This document shows positions 39,220 to 51,860 of a stretch of DNA of 64,000 bases, in pieces. Under the pieces are notes generated by a model, which saw nothing but the letters and a program-made list of their open reading frames with translations, searched no databases and was not told the DNA's origin. Source of the stretch: Haliotis cracherodii (lineage: Eukaryota); contig NW_027266266.1 in NCBI RefSeq assembly GCF_022045235.1, forward strand, positions 5,890,001 through 5,954,000. The letters run 5' to 3'. Position numbers and translations under genes: made by a program. How positions within the stretch are numbered: position 1 is the first letter of the stretch; every line of letters starts with the position of its first letter.

Positions 39220-41890
39220 CATGTGATAGATTCAGTTGTGGCAGAATGAGAGACCGTAGGAGAGTAACTTGAGTTAAGGGAGGTTTTGGTTGGCAACCAG
39301 CTATTTTTCACCTGAAAATCGACTATCATTTTGATGCTTTAGTTTTACTACCTCTGATTTCCTTTGCCACTCACGGCAAGATGTGGAGCATGCTACGTGA
39401 TTGTCAACACAGTTGCAACACTTGACCTCTTCTTAACATATGTGTATCACTTCTAAATGCCTTTCAAAGAATAATGGTCAAACTGCCAATAATGGCCGTG
39501 GAGTGGATTGGGGACATACACATTTGCTCTGATACTGAAATAACCCTCCATAATGCATTGTGGAACTGAAGTATGGGCAACCGTTAACAGATATGTATTG
39601 GTGATGCTGAAAGCATTGTCTTTGTTTTGATAAATGCAAGCGACAAAGCGTTCCAAATTCAAAAGAAGTTTAAAAAAGCAGAATCGATTGTACGATGCTG
39701 GCAATATCAAGAGCATCTGTTCATGAATCACTATCAAATAGTATTGATACCAAGTGTTCATGAAAAGGTAAGCGTATCCTGTCCCACCCGTGGCACCTAT
39801 CACAAACACATGCAAAGGCAAGTCAATTGTTCCTCCCCAAAGAAACACGAACAGTGTTCCGACATGAGTTCAGTGTCCAGCGAACAGTCGCAGAAACGTC
39901 AACACTGATAACTGACAAAAGCGTCAATATGTTACTGTAACACCGAAGATAAGAGTATCATTTTTCGATTTTACCACAATTTACAGCAAATGAATTTAGT
40001 TTAATTGGTTGATGATCTGAAGCCTTCTACCGGGAGCAGGCCTGTATTGGAAAATATTGTTATCTGAATATTGTTATTCAACACGGTTCTTTTGCATTTC
40101 AGGTTTAACGAGGTTGTCGTAGTGACATGGTTAAAAATAACATTTAACATTTTTGTTACCCGCCCACTATCGAGTGTCTACAAAGAACAGAATACAGGAT
40201 GTTATACTCCAGCAAATATGACACAAATAGTTATTTTTGTATTCCAAATTAAATGACACAACAATGACAACAAACAAAATTTAGAGGTCGACTTCTGGCA
40301 TTAGAGAATTAGTGCAGTCAAGTACGTTATAAACAAGACGAACCAATGTAATAAGTTTATGACAGGACTTTGTAACCGATTGATAGAACCGGGACAGTTC
40401 TACCACGCGTCTAGTTGAAGTTGGTGGTTGAAGTGTCGGCTTCGACAAAGAATCACTAACCCTAACCCTAACCCTAACCCTAACCCTAATCCTAACCCTA
40501 ACCCTTACCCGAACCCTAACTCTTCAGTGCACTCAACCACCAGAATCTCCTAATCCACAGACACGGCGGCGCAACTCAGGCAAAACAAGTTGCCCACAAT
40601 TTGGTCGCTTCTTACAACCAGCAATGAGATGCAGGGGACACATTCAACACCATTCCCCCCTCCCATCAGAGTAATACAGAGCATTATCATTCATTCAGTT
40701 ATTTATTTTACATTCAAATTTCTAATCCCCACCTGAGAAGCATAAGAGTTAGACAGGGAATGACAAATTTTGGATGTGGCGTGTTTCCCCAAATACGTTA
40801 TCAACCATTTACTTGGCCTAACCACCTGATCCATCTTATGTCCTGTATAGTGTCCTGGGGATCTATTCTAACCAGGAATCCCCTCGTCCAAGCATTGCCC
40901 ATGACAGTCAACGAATACTTCTTAATGCGGTATCGAACTGTCCTGATCTGATTGATCTTTTAAGCCATTTTTTACTTTTGCCTTTGGGTATATATTAATA
41001 CTGTTTGGAATAGCGCCAGAGGCACTGGTGTGATTGATGAAATATTGAAAATATAAATGTTCATATTATCAACATATATATAGTGTGTATATATATACAC
41101 ACTGTACAATACCTCAAGGATGAGACGTTGCTTCGTGTGTTTAGAACTACAGACAGCTCTTTGTGTTCTTCAGGGTTTCTCCACTTACAATCAATGTATT
41201 GACTATGAACGTATCTAAGTTACCCGTTTTAATCAGTCGAGCCTGCATTTCGCTGAAAACATGTGATTCAATATTTAAAAAGTTGTTCCACTATTAATGA
41301 GCACTTTTAAATGCGTTTCAAAGGCATGGTGTCCACAGCGACGATGTCAAAACCTCTCAAACTAAAGCTGTTTAGCTATTAGTGCCAAAACTTCAAGTTC
41401 AAGTCAAATACGACTTGATGCAGTTATCCTGCCGTGGTGTTTATATCCTGCCTCATTCCACCAGTTGAGTCCGGTTTGAATACATAGGTGAGGAGGGTCC
41501 CGATGACCTGTCAACAAAAAAACCCAAGGTTATGGTTATTGGGTTCTAATAAAGAGATATATTATGTTATAGGTTTCAGCAAGGAAAAGAGATGAATAAA
41601 TTCAACGTACCGTTAGGATAGTGTCCTTCGTGACAGTCATAAGGCCTAAAGCACTGATTCCGATCTGACGTTGAGATAACTTGTTTGTGAACAATGTGAC
41701 CTGCGTGAACAATTCGTGAGAAAAATAAGCTATTGATAAGAAACTACACATATATAAAATGTCATATATATTGTTTTATAACAACATAATAATTCAGATT
41801 TAAACATTACGTCAATCATTGTGTCATGGAAGAAGATCGGTTCGGGGGCGGCAGCGTTATGGTATGGGATGGGATTACAGCAAGACAGAT
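39220..41890. repeat. Segmental duplicate of the GRL-C 3' region (matches 25591-25700, 27625-29660 and 31512-31592)
   Basis: Long near-identical colinear blocks, including the CCCTAA tract, GRL exons 3-4 and a piece of the intronic Tc1. Confidence 0.9.
41424..41700 (-). pseudogene. GRL pseudogene, copy E. Exon 3 41700-41611; exon 4 41507-41424 with a 15-nt in-frame deletion in TM7
   Basis: Exon 4 reads VIGTLLTYVFKPDSTGGMRQDINTTAG*, lacking IVIQF. No exon 2 was found upstream. Confidence 0.85.
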
Positions 41891-42609
41891 CATATGAGAC
41901 CTGCATCATTTCGGACTTCTGAAGCTGATAGGCTTTGAAGTGACTTGAATAGTGTTAAACCAAACACTTCTTATCCTGACAATGTGGAACATTATCATGC
42001 ATCATCATCACCTTATTCAGCATGGATGTAGGCCATCGACTCATACAGCTTAAAGTCCCAACCGGACTATAAATAGCGCGGTATTTTGCGAGACCTGACG
42101 GTTTGACAGACGTTGCGATGATCGGTCAGCGAGTTATTCGCTGGGGATCGCGTGGACTTATAGTCCCTTAGCTTCTTGCACGAAATCCTGCGGTATTTAC
42201 GTCATCACTTTAGCTATCGCTATACTGGCCAATATTAAAGTATATTCAACAATGAGTTGAATATATGCTTGACGGTGAACCTTAATTCACAAGGGATACA
42301 CATAGGAGATTCGTCCTCCTCTGTCTTAAGCAGATATTCGTGGGCAAACCGACTGTGTCCAATACGTCATCGTCGCAAAACGACCTCATCATGTCTTGAC
42401 TGACAACCCAAGTTGGATTGACCGATTGTTGGTTTAAATTCGTAAGGTGTATTACTTCCTACCTGGATGTCCCACTTCTTTTGCATGAGATCCCGAGTAT
42501 AACTGTTGGTTGGTTTGAAATCACTGTAGAGTTGAGATGACGGTTTGTCAAGGGCTGTTTTAGCTGTAACTGCAGTTACTTATTATGCCTACATGACTTG
42601 GTAACCAGC

Positions 42610-43450
42610 AAGATCATTAAAAAGTTCTAAACTGTCAAGGATAATGGTGTGATATGACGAGACGCTTTTAAGTGTCTGATGTCAAGGCAGTGAATCTGAA
42701 AGATGATGAACGTTTTCGATTAGTTTTGATGTTCAATATGTTTGATGTTAAGACAGCTATGGCCTCAGCAGTAAAGATCGGACTATCGCCTGGGATTCTT
42801 GAGGAGACAAACGTCCATGTTCGAATCCTCAAAGGGTTTCCTTGTACCAAATCCGTCAAATGTAGGCACAACTTGCAGGGTATCACCGCTACGAAATTGG
42901 CGTGTGTAGGGGTGTCAAAGTCTGTTCTAAACCCATTTCCGACCTTGATCATTTTCGAATCCCCAAAGGGTTTGCTTGTACCAACTCCGTAAAAAAAGGT
43001 CACCGGACATCGCCGCTACGACATTGGCGTGTTCCAGGGATGTCCAAAATATTAATCAAATATTACCACCAAGCGGTGTTACTTTTAGCATGCAACCAAG
43101 AACAAAAGATGAGGTACATATGTCCGACAAACTTCATGTCAACTTTCAATTGTTTCTGTGGAGAACCTTACAAGAGATGATCTTTAAAGTAAAGTAGTCT
43201 GTTCTAAACCCATTTCCGACATCGAACACGTTCGAATCCTCAAAGGGTGTGTTTGTACCAACTCTGTCAAAGCATAGTCACCGTTTGCAGGACATCGCCG
43301 CTATGAAATTTGCGTGTTCCAGGGGTTTCCCAAATATTAATCAAATATAACCACCAAGTGTTGTTACTTTTTCCGTGCACCCAAGAACAGAAAATAAGAT
43401 GCATATGACACACTAACTTCATGTCAACTTGCAATAGTTTCTGTCAACAA
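42610..43450 (-). mobile_element. LINE RNase H fragment followed by imperfect tandem duplications. Related piece at about 44060-44240
   Basis: 'SRIPGDSPIFTAEAIAV' is an RNase H motif. GTTCGAATCC(T/C)CAAAGGGTTT...GTACCAA...CATCGCCGCTA recurs several times. Confidence 0.55.
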
Positions 43451-43452
43451 AC

Positions 43453-44010
43453 TAACAAGATATGATTGTTAAAGTAAAATTTCGTTGAAAAACATGATCA
43501 AAATCAAAATCCAATACAACCGCAACTAAAACAGATATCCAAAAACGGCTTTGGAGTTTGCTATGCTGTGTGTGGAGACAATTCTCAGAAAGTTTGGAGC
43601 ATTTCATGCAGTGGACTCGGTGTTGTTTGCATTTGAAGACAGGTACCCACAAGACACTGTGAAAACCTTGACTCCAATATGGCTGCCAAACCACGTGACC
43701 AATGACCAAAGTCAAAGAACAAAATATGTCAAGCATCCAAAGCAGCAGACATGTGTAAAGTTTGAAAGTAATAGGGCAAAATATAGCTTTAAAAAATGCT
43801 TGTTTTTCAGTTATTTGCCCTTGGTCTTTGGGCCTACGGCCTTGGAATCTGGTATCTGGTACTTAAGTATCTGCATAAACACACAAAATTTGAACAAAAT
43901 CGAGTCAGTGGTTATTATGCTAGCTCTGGTACAAAAATCGGCGGAATAATAATAATATCAAATCGAACGATGACACTAGGGCTCTTCAGCCTTTCGGCTT
44001 GATGACACTT
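43453..44010 (+). mobile_element. Putative non-autonomous element (Helentron/MITE-like)
   Basis: Non-coding block that starts AACAAGA and ends in an (AAT)n tract and a short hairpin (AGCC-TTTC-GGCT). It interrupts the 42740-44240 repeat array. Confidence 0.35.
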
Positions 44011-44524
44011 CAACATGCTGTCACTTCTTTGTCATTTGAGCTTCAGTCAAACGGATTAGCGTTCTGAGTTTGTCAGGACCCCGGGTTTCTGTCGCATTGC
44101 TTAGATAAAGTGCCGAACCTGTTTCCGACCTCGTCCATGTTCGAATCCCCAAATGGTTTGGTTGTACCGACGCCTTCAAAAGTAAGGAAACGCTTGCGAG
44201 ACATCGCCGCTTCGACGTTGACGCGTCCCAGAACTTCCCGGGAGGTACTACACCCATTTCAGACGCCTTGCGTCTGATTTCCTTGCCAAGAGTGGAAATA
44301 ATATCTATCTGGAAATAATTTATTCCTGCCACTATGTCAAAATCAAAGACTATGTTTATGTAGTTGTCCGCACCATTTCAGTGCCAGTGGGTTTCATAAA
44401 AGTGGTAAATGTCTGAAGCGTCACTTTGATCTTTCCTACAACATGCATGAGGCTGACCCGTCTTATTACAACTTATTGCCGTCCAAAGCAGCGTTAATCC
44501 ATACTTACTGATCCTATTGGGGTT

Positions 44525-45160
44525 GAGTGAGTGAGTTTATATTTAAAGTCACATCGGCAATATGTCAGCCATATCGTGACTGTCAAATGTAACACATGAA
44601 ATACATTTTAAAGTATAAAATCCTGTCGTCAAAGGACAGTACAATAACTAGAATATCGCTGGTTTATATAAAACTTGTTTGGGAGCATGTAAAAATAACT
44701 ATCATTCAAACACCACATATAAAAATCGGCTAAAGATCGCCAGCAACTGAAGACAGATCACCACTCTAGGGACATTGGGGATTTACAGTACTTTTGCTAC
44801 CTCCATGGACCTTAGCAGGATTTACATCAAGTGTTGGCGATTATTGACAAATTTAGCCAAAATATAAAACAACATATATTCTACGATTAAAACCGTGGCA
44901 GAAATAAATATGCTTTGAATGACATGGTCATACATACCATTTCCGGGGGACAATCTTTTTACACTACTTCAACCCCCTTCGAAGATAAAGCCAACAATCT
45001 CAGTTATCCAATTTATTCTACCAATATTTAAAAGATCATTTATTAATTACAAAATACGTTTCAGAATTTATTTAACAATTCTATGAAAAAAACAAAAAAT
45101 AAAATGAGATCTGACATAGTTAAAAATATCCTTGAGCGATGAAACTTTGGAATATTGATC
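44525..45160 (-). mobile_element. 3' end of an I/Nimb-type LINE
   Basis: Colinear with 23915-24540 and the reverse complement of 54093-54785. (ACTC)n tail. Confidence 0.75.
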
Positions 45161-45740
45161 CGTTGTATCATGCTACACCCGCTATGTCAGCCCCTTTATT
45201 ACTCGATTTATAACTGGCTGAATATTTTGCTTTGCTGGGAATAGAATATGAAAGATATACAACAAAGAAATTTGTTACAGATTTGGACAACGGACATCAA
45301 TTACGATTAACAGACATTGAATACCACGTTTGGCAAACATGATGATGTTATCAGAAACAATCGGTTGGTTCACTAATGCTTAATAATGTAATAAAATATT
45401 GATATTTCTGAAATACCTCCTTATCAACTCGTTAATGACACAGGTAAATACTTGATTGTCATACCAAACATTATATTCCAGAGTAGATATGGGCGTTTGA
45501 TCTTTTTCCTATTTAAATCAAATACATTTATGTTTACACAATGCTTCATAGTCACATCATGATGTGTGAAATCAATGTCGTTGTGACAACGAGGATATAT
45601 ATAATCATATTTATTTCTATCATCATGACAAACTACCCATAATTACCACTGACTTTAATCCGTCCAGTTTTGCTTGAAGCTTTAAGCACGAGTTATTTCA
45701 TTCACATTTGTCAGTAACAGTGTCTGTTCCTTACTTCAAC

Positions 45741-46200
45741 ATGTTATGTGTCATTGTTGGAATCTATTTTGGTCTTTACTGTGTTCAAGGAAGCAGCATG
45801 GAAGCATCATTTCACCAGCATATTATCAACAACTATAATAAACATGTCCTTCCTGGAGGTGTAGGCGAAGCTGTGAATGTATCTGTGGATGTGGTGTTGA
45901 ATTACCTCCTAGGTATCATTACACCAGCATATTTTCAACAACTATAATAAACATGTCCTGCCTGGAGATGTCAATGAAGCTGTGAATGTATCTGTGGATG
46001 TGGTGTTGGATTACCTCCTAGGTTTGGATGAGAAGAATCAGATATTGTCAACAGGGATGCATTTAATTGTTAAATGGGTGGATAAAGCCTTATCGTGGAA
46101 TGAAATCGAATTTCCAGGTCTGCATGAAATATTTGTCCCAGATACACAGATATGGATTCCTGAAATCGCCATCCCAAATGCCTTGAGAACAAACACCCGA
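45741..46200 (+). pseudogene. N-terminal fragment of a Cys-loop ligand-gated ion channel (nAChR-like) subunit with an internal 109-bp tandem duplication
   Basis: Signal-peptide-like MLCVIVGIYFGLYCVQG, then NYNKHVLP, VNVSVDV, LDEKNQIL, WVDKALSWN and IWIPEI..PN. Similarity stops before the Cys loop. Confidence 0.8.
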
Positions 46201-46606
46201 GCTACCCATTTTTATGCTATACAGTTTTTCTTTTTCTTCACACACGCACGCACGCACACACATACACACACACACACACACACAGACGTTCGACCGAATA
46301 ATATCATCTGCTGACTTCAACTGTTCACCTAATTTCCACTAATGTGTGTTACATGGATAATATGTTCATGGGCTTCTCCACTGAATGTATAGTGGGAAGG
46401 ACTACTTCAGTTGAGGATAAGTAACATAAATAATGATGATATTATTATGATATTATTGTCATTATTATTCCTTCAGATTATTAAAAAAAGTTGTTATGTT
46501 TTCATGTTAAACATAGAGAAAGAGGTATGGAGATTTTTAGCATAGACATTGTTAAAAATATTTGTTTGTTGTTTAATGGCGCACTCAGCAAGCTAAGGAT
46601 ATTACA

Positions 46607-46682
46607 ACATACATACATACATACATACATACATACATACATACATACATACATACATACATACATACATACATACATACAT
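46607..46682. repeat. (TACA)n microsatellite, with a (CA)n tract at about 46238-46283
   Basis: Direct inspection. Confidence 0.95.
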
Positions 46683-48819
46683 AAGTGATATAAAAAATGT
46701 ATAGTCGCTATTCTTAAAAGTAAGCATATGTTAGATTTATCAACCAGAAATATTGCACACCAAAGGATAGTCATGTATCATGACACTATTCTATGTCGAA
46801 GTCAACGATATTTGTGTATGCTATTGCTACATGATTGGTTATGACACGGATTCGTCATGATAAAGCAATGAGAAATTGACATTTGATGATATAAGACAGC
46901 TACGCGATAGATCGCAAAGAACAAAGAGAAGGAAGCGATATTTATTTCACGATAAAACATTGTTCTATCGTGACGTCATTTATGGAGATTCGAACATGCA
47001 CTCACAACTTGAGGCCGTCCTAAAGTTGACGTTACTTGTGAGAGGGAAGTGTCTAGTGAGTTGTTATCAATAGATGTAGCTGGGGAAGGTAGATAAATGC
47101 AATGCCCGAACAATCGCACCCGAAAGTGAAAGCGAAATGACAATCGGTATTGGGAGAAAAGGTACAAATAATCGACGTGAAAATTGTGAGAATATGCGGG
47201 AAATACCAAATTCAAACCCTCCTGTTCATAAAATGGATTGTTCTGGCATTGCCGCGGTCGGATTCTATTCGGGGAGTCATCATTATTTAAGTACGGGTAA
47301 ATATTTGTAAAGCGTGTACTTTTTCCTAATTAATAAACACACGGTACAAGTCAAAATAGAGAATTGCATCAGACATCATTTTGGTCATTGATACATCAAA
47401 CCTGTAAATGCCGTCTGCACGTCCAACACCAAGCCCAAGCCAGGGCCGGAATCCTTTAAACCCCCTGAGCGCAAAACTTGCCGAAAACCAAAGTTCTGTT
47501 TATTATTACATACATTTACCCCTAATCTAAAGTAATCTTTACTATTTCTGACAGTAATGTGTGATAAGTCACGCACCAAACCTATACTCTTGATATACAT
47601 GTTGTTCTCACTAAAAAAGAAACTATTGGGCTAACAAGATACGTATATTAATGTGCCATGCTTTCCTGATGTGCTATCATTCAGATTTGAAATAATGACA
47701 TAAATAGTTGCCACTCATCCTTCAATATATTTCAAGGTCGGGTTAATCACAAACATATTTGAATATATACAACAGCTATACTTACTTATCTTACAGCTAT
47801 ACATACTTATTTTTTCTTAAAGGCATCAGGTTGTTTGTCATATAGACCCCGTTACAAATATGTCCAATACAGCACATAATTTGGCAAAATGAAGAAAGTC
47901 TCTTGGCTCCTTTTTCTATATTTTATAACTATTGTTTAACAACTGTTTTTTCTCTGTAAAATATGTTCATTTCAGAGATTAGATGTTATTCTAGCCTCAT
48001 GTCTGTTGTACGTTCACTGCATCAGCGTTGACATTAAAACGATATTTACATATATAAATACATACAGATGAAATGCTTAGCATTTATCTTTTAAGGAAGA
48101 ATGTGGGACTTGCTTAATACATATACGTATATGTCGACATATATGTATGGATATTTGGATGAATATAGATATACCTCCTTATAGATAGTGATCGTAGATG
48201 ATTGTGGTTAAAACGAGAAACAATATTTAAATTTAAGAGGAGTCCAAGTGAGATGGAAATTTCAGTCTGAACCTGTTGAACATCGAGGCTTGTTTCATTT
48301 GGGGCTATAGCATTGCAGTAAGGCCTGGGCGGAAGGGAAAATAATATGGTTCAGGGACTGTGAGACAAACTACTTCACGGTCTCTATCGCCGTCGTGATC
48401 TTTAGAGCTACGAAAGTAGAGCCATCTCAGACAGCGACTCGACACCTGTTTGCACCCATCAGATGCCAGTCACTACAGTCACTACTTCTCTCTCCAAACG
48501 AAAAAAATACGAAAAATGTCGGATGTGTATATTTTTAATCTAATTTACTAAAATTTAAAGTAATTATATGTGTCTCATGTTCAAAAATGTATTAATGGTA
48601 TCTGTGATGCTGGTACCGTTTTGTGGCCATTGTGTAACTTTTGTGGAGTTATAACGAATATCAAATAGTCTTGAAATGTGGATTGTAAAAGAGTTCATCA
48701 TTGAACCATATGCAGTCTAACCCATTTAATTGGCGTGTATGGATATATTATCCATTTACTTATACACACTTATTATGGACATATACAGAATGTTATTGGA
48801 CCTTATTATTAAAAAAAAT

Positions 48820-49090
48820 ACCCTAGAAGATCCGGGGTAGGATAGGTCTTCAGTAACCTTGCTTGCCGTAAATGGTGACTATACTTTTCGTAAAAGGCGA
48901 CTAAAGGGATCCGGTGGTCAGACTCACTGACTTGGTGGATGCATGTCATCGTATCCCAATTGCGTAGATCGGTGCTCTTGATGTCAATAACTGGATTGTC
49001 TAGCCCAGACTCGATTTTTTACAAACCACCGTCGTATAGCTGGTATATTGTTGAGTGCGGCGTTTAACAACAAACAATCAAACAAAAACT
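48820..49090 (+). mobile_element. SINE-like element with a non-tRNA structured head and (AAAC)n tail
   Basis: GAAGATCCGGGGTAGGATAGGTCTTCAGTAACC...GGCGACTAAAGGGATC...ATAGCTGGTATATTGTTGAGTGCGGCGTTTAACAACAAAC. Multiple copies in the window. Confidence 0.8.
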
Positions 49091-49167
49091 ATTATTAAAC
49101 ACCTTCCAACAATGAAAAATTAAACTTTTATTTTCTATAGATCTATATTTAGTTTATTAAACATTGA

Positions 49168-49831
49168 CTTGCCCTTTTTACCCACTTCCTCAATGTAGTG
49201 TTTGGAACACAACTGTTAAACTTCAACCGTGCTTCATGAAGACGCTCGCAGAATATGCGTAGCTTCCTGTTGATGTTGGTACTGAGACCCCAAAAGGTTA
49301 TGACACTGTGACTTGAAATGGCGAGACTTGTGTCCGTGAAAGATTCAGCCACCAAATAGAATGCTATACTCTGGATAAAACATAGAAATATACGCACGTC
49401 AAACTTTAATATATGCAGGAAGCTACCGAGGAGACGGTACACCTTTTTGCTGACTTCGACTGCTGGTAGTCCCATGATAACCCAGACAATGCTATCAGTC
49501 TCTGGACACTTGTCACTAGGGAATTGGTTAGTAGAGTGACACAGGCACGATATATCATACTCAAGACAAGAAAGGCCAATATATTTCATTGTGTATCTCA
49601 ATCGTTATTGCCTCCACTGAACCCAGGTGAAAGCTGAAAGGATTATTAAACATATATGCCCTCTTTATCCTAAGCTACCGAGGTATTGGTGCACCGTTTT
49701 GCTGACTTCGACTGTTGGTAGTCCCATGATAACCCAGACAATGCTATCAGTCTCTGGACACTTGTCAATGTTTCCTGTACATCATCTGTATCACTGGATG
49801 TACCAACGGTATTTTGGAAAACCTTTAACAT
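49168..49831 (-). pseudogene. Scrambled GRL exon-1 remnants (two joined partial copies)
   Basis: ATG at 49831 (MLKVFQNTVGTSSDTDDVQET...). The part 49515-49690 shares the deletions of copy D. The part 49168-49515 is a second exon-1 piece (FWGLSTNINRKLRIFCERLHEARLKFNSCVPNTTLRK). Confidence 0.85.
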
Positions 49832-50314
49832 TTTCGACTGACTGGATAATAAATGTATGTTGTATACTCCTTGTAAGCTCGACTTTTTATGGTTCTCAAT
49901 AATGACACCAGTATCTGGTTAAACAGTTTCCATGACGATGCATCACTTAATATACAACTCTGAACGTACATCTTATTTCAAATGGAAATGAGCAAGGCGA
50001 GCTAAAATGTCGTGATCAAATAATAGAACATTTATTTGTTAAAGAGATTGTGCTTGCATGTAATTGGTGATTGTCTAATCTGTAAAAAGCCTTTAATTGA
50101 CATTCTAAAAGTGTAATTATCTGCACCGAGAAAACAATGAAGCGATGGCGTAATTTTTCAGTCAAACTTTCCGCAGTTGTACTGATGGGTTCTTAATGCA
50201 TTAGCTGAGGTGTGTCGTGATATCAGGCATTAATTGTCCACAATTGTCAGTTTATCATCCCACGTGAACATGCTAAGTGAGTATCGCTCCACGTACCTAC
50301 ATGTATAGAGAACA

Positions 50315-50900
50315 AAGGTGGCCCACCCGTGCAAGGTTCCGTCGTGCTCTGTGCAGAATTATGTGTCAGAAACGTATCCTCGTGTGTTCGAATCCCAGTT
50401 CACCCTGAGTATTTTTCTCAGTGTAGTTTGTCAGCAGGATACCCGTGATCGTATCACCAAAGAGGGGAACGCATAAGGCCTGCAGGGGGCAGAGGTGGCC
50501 CATTTGTCTGAGGCGCCACAATTCGATGCGCAGAGTTGAAACCTGTGATCGTTGGTTCGAATCCCTGGTTAGTTCTCATTATGTTTCTAGGTTTGTCAGC
50601 ACCGTACCTGTTTCACCAAAGTGGCAAATGTCCGAGACCTGCATCACTTCGGGCTTTCCTTCCACATCAAGCCGACTCGCTGTGATATAACTGGAATACT
50701 GTTTAAAGCGGCGTTAAATACAATTCAGTCGTTTAAATTACATGTTTTAGAGCAGGATTCGTGTTTTTGTGTGAATAGAAACATAATTGGGGCGAACCGG
50801 GATTCGAACGCACATTCACAGGTTTCTGGCGTGCCTGAGGGTCTAAACTCTGCACAGCAAGTTTCAGCGCCTTAGACGACTGGACCACCGGTGCCCCTTA
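50315..50900. mobile_element. V-like SINE dimer (+, about 50315-50730) followed by an inverted 5' copy (-, about 50775-50900)
   Basis: Similarity to 51861-52138 on both strands. Confidence 0.75.
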
Positions 50901-51860
50901 TCGAGTGTGTGTTTATTTGTTTTTAAACGGCCCTGATGTTACACTTCCAACTGAAATAACGTCGATTAACGGTCCCAAACATTACGAAACAACAATTTCC
51001 TTATGCCTTGTGGCGCCGAAGGACAAATTTCTGTTTGTCCACGGGGATACAAAGTGTGAAACCAATTTTGTGTCCCCAGAACCCCACAGCTGGACAATAT
51101 TATCTATAAAACATAATTTTATTTACAAGCTTGACAATGTTTAATGCTGGTAATAATGCCAACGATCGCCTTAGGGACTCGTCTGTATGATGTCTGGTAG
51201 ATGAAAGCAACAAAACTCATCTCCTTAACCCAAATATATAGCGACAAAATGTGTGCATAATCATGAGAAATCTCTAGTATATCATAAACATGTGTTTCTG
51301 AATCACTATATTTCCATATCTATCATTTCAAACAAAAAATACCCCTTTCATGATCAACCGTTGACATTTTATGTACAATAATATCATCAAATATATTATA
51401 TTGATTGTTTCGTTGTTGTATGTCTACAGGAATGTAAATTATGTATGTCTGTATATATGTATATATAAATCATAATGTTTTGTCTTTTAAAATTGCATCT
51501 GTCCCGCAATGGAACGTCTCTGTAATAAATATTATCTTATCTTATCTTATCTATCAAATAGTGATATTTCTAGGTGTTTGTGAAAGGATGAGCGTATCCT
51601 GCTCCACTGCTGGCATCCAACACATGCAAAGGCAGGTCAATTGTTCACCTGCAAAAGACACGGGAACATATGGCACAAGTCAATTTAATGTTCAATGTCT
51701 AGTTTTTCAAAAAATGTTATTTATCGCCAAAAAGATCGTTATTTCGTTACCTTGCATGAAGTGTGAACTCAAATCACTGATGAAATACAGTATGTCTTTC
51801 GGCTCCGATTTCTTAAAGTACTGTCGCTCAGACTGTTACCATAGCAGTTCTTTTATTTAA

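Noticed and set aside
40456-40520. True telomere or chromosome-fusion site
   Set aside because: The tracts are short, in a single orientation and embedded in duplicated flanks, with no head-to-head arrangement.
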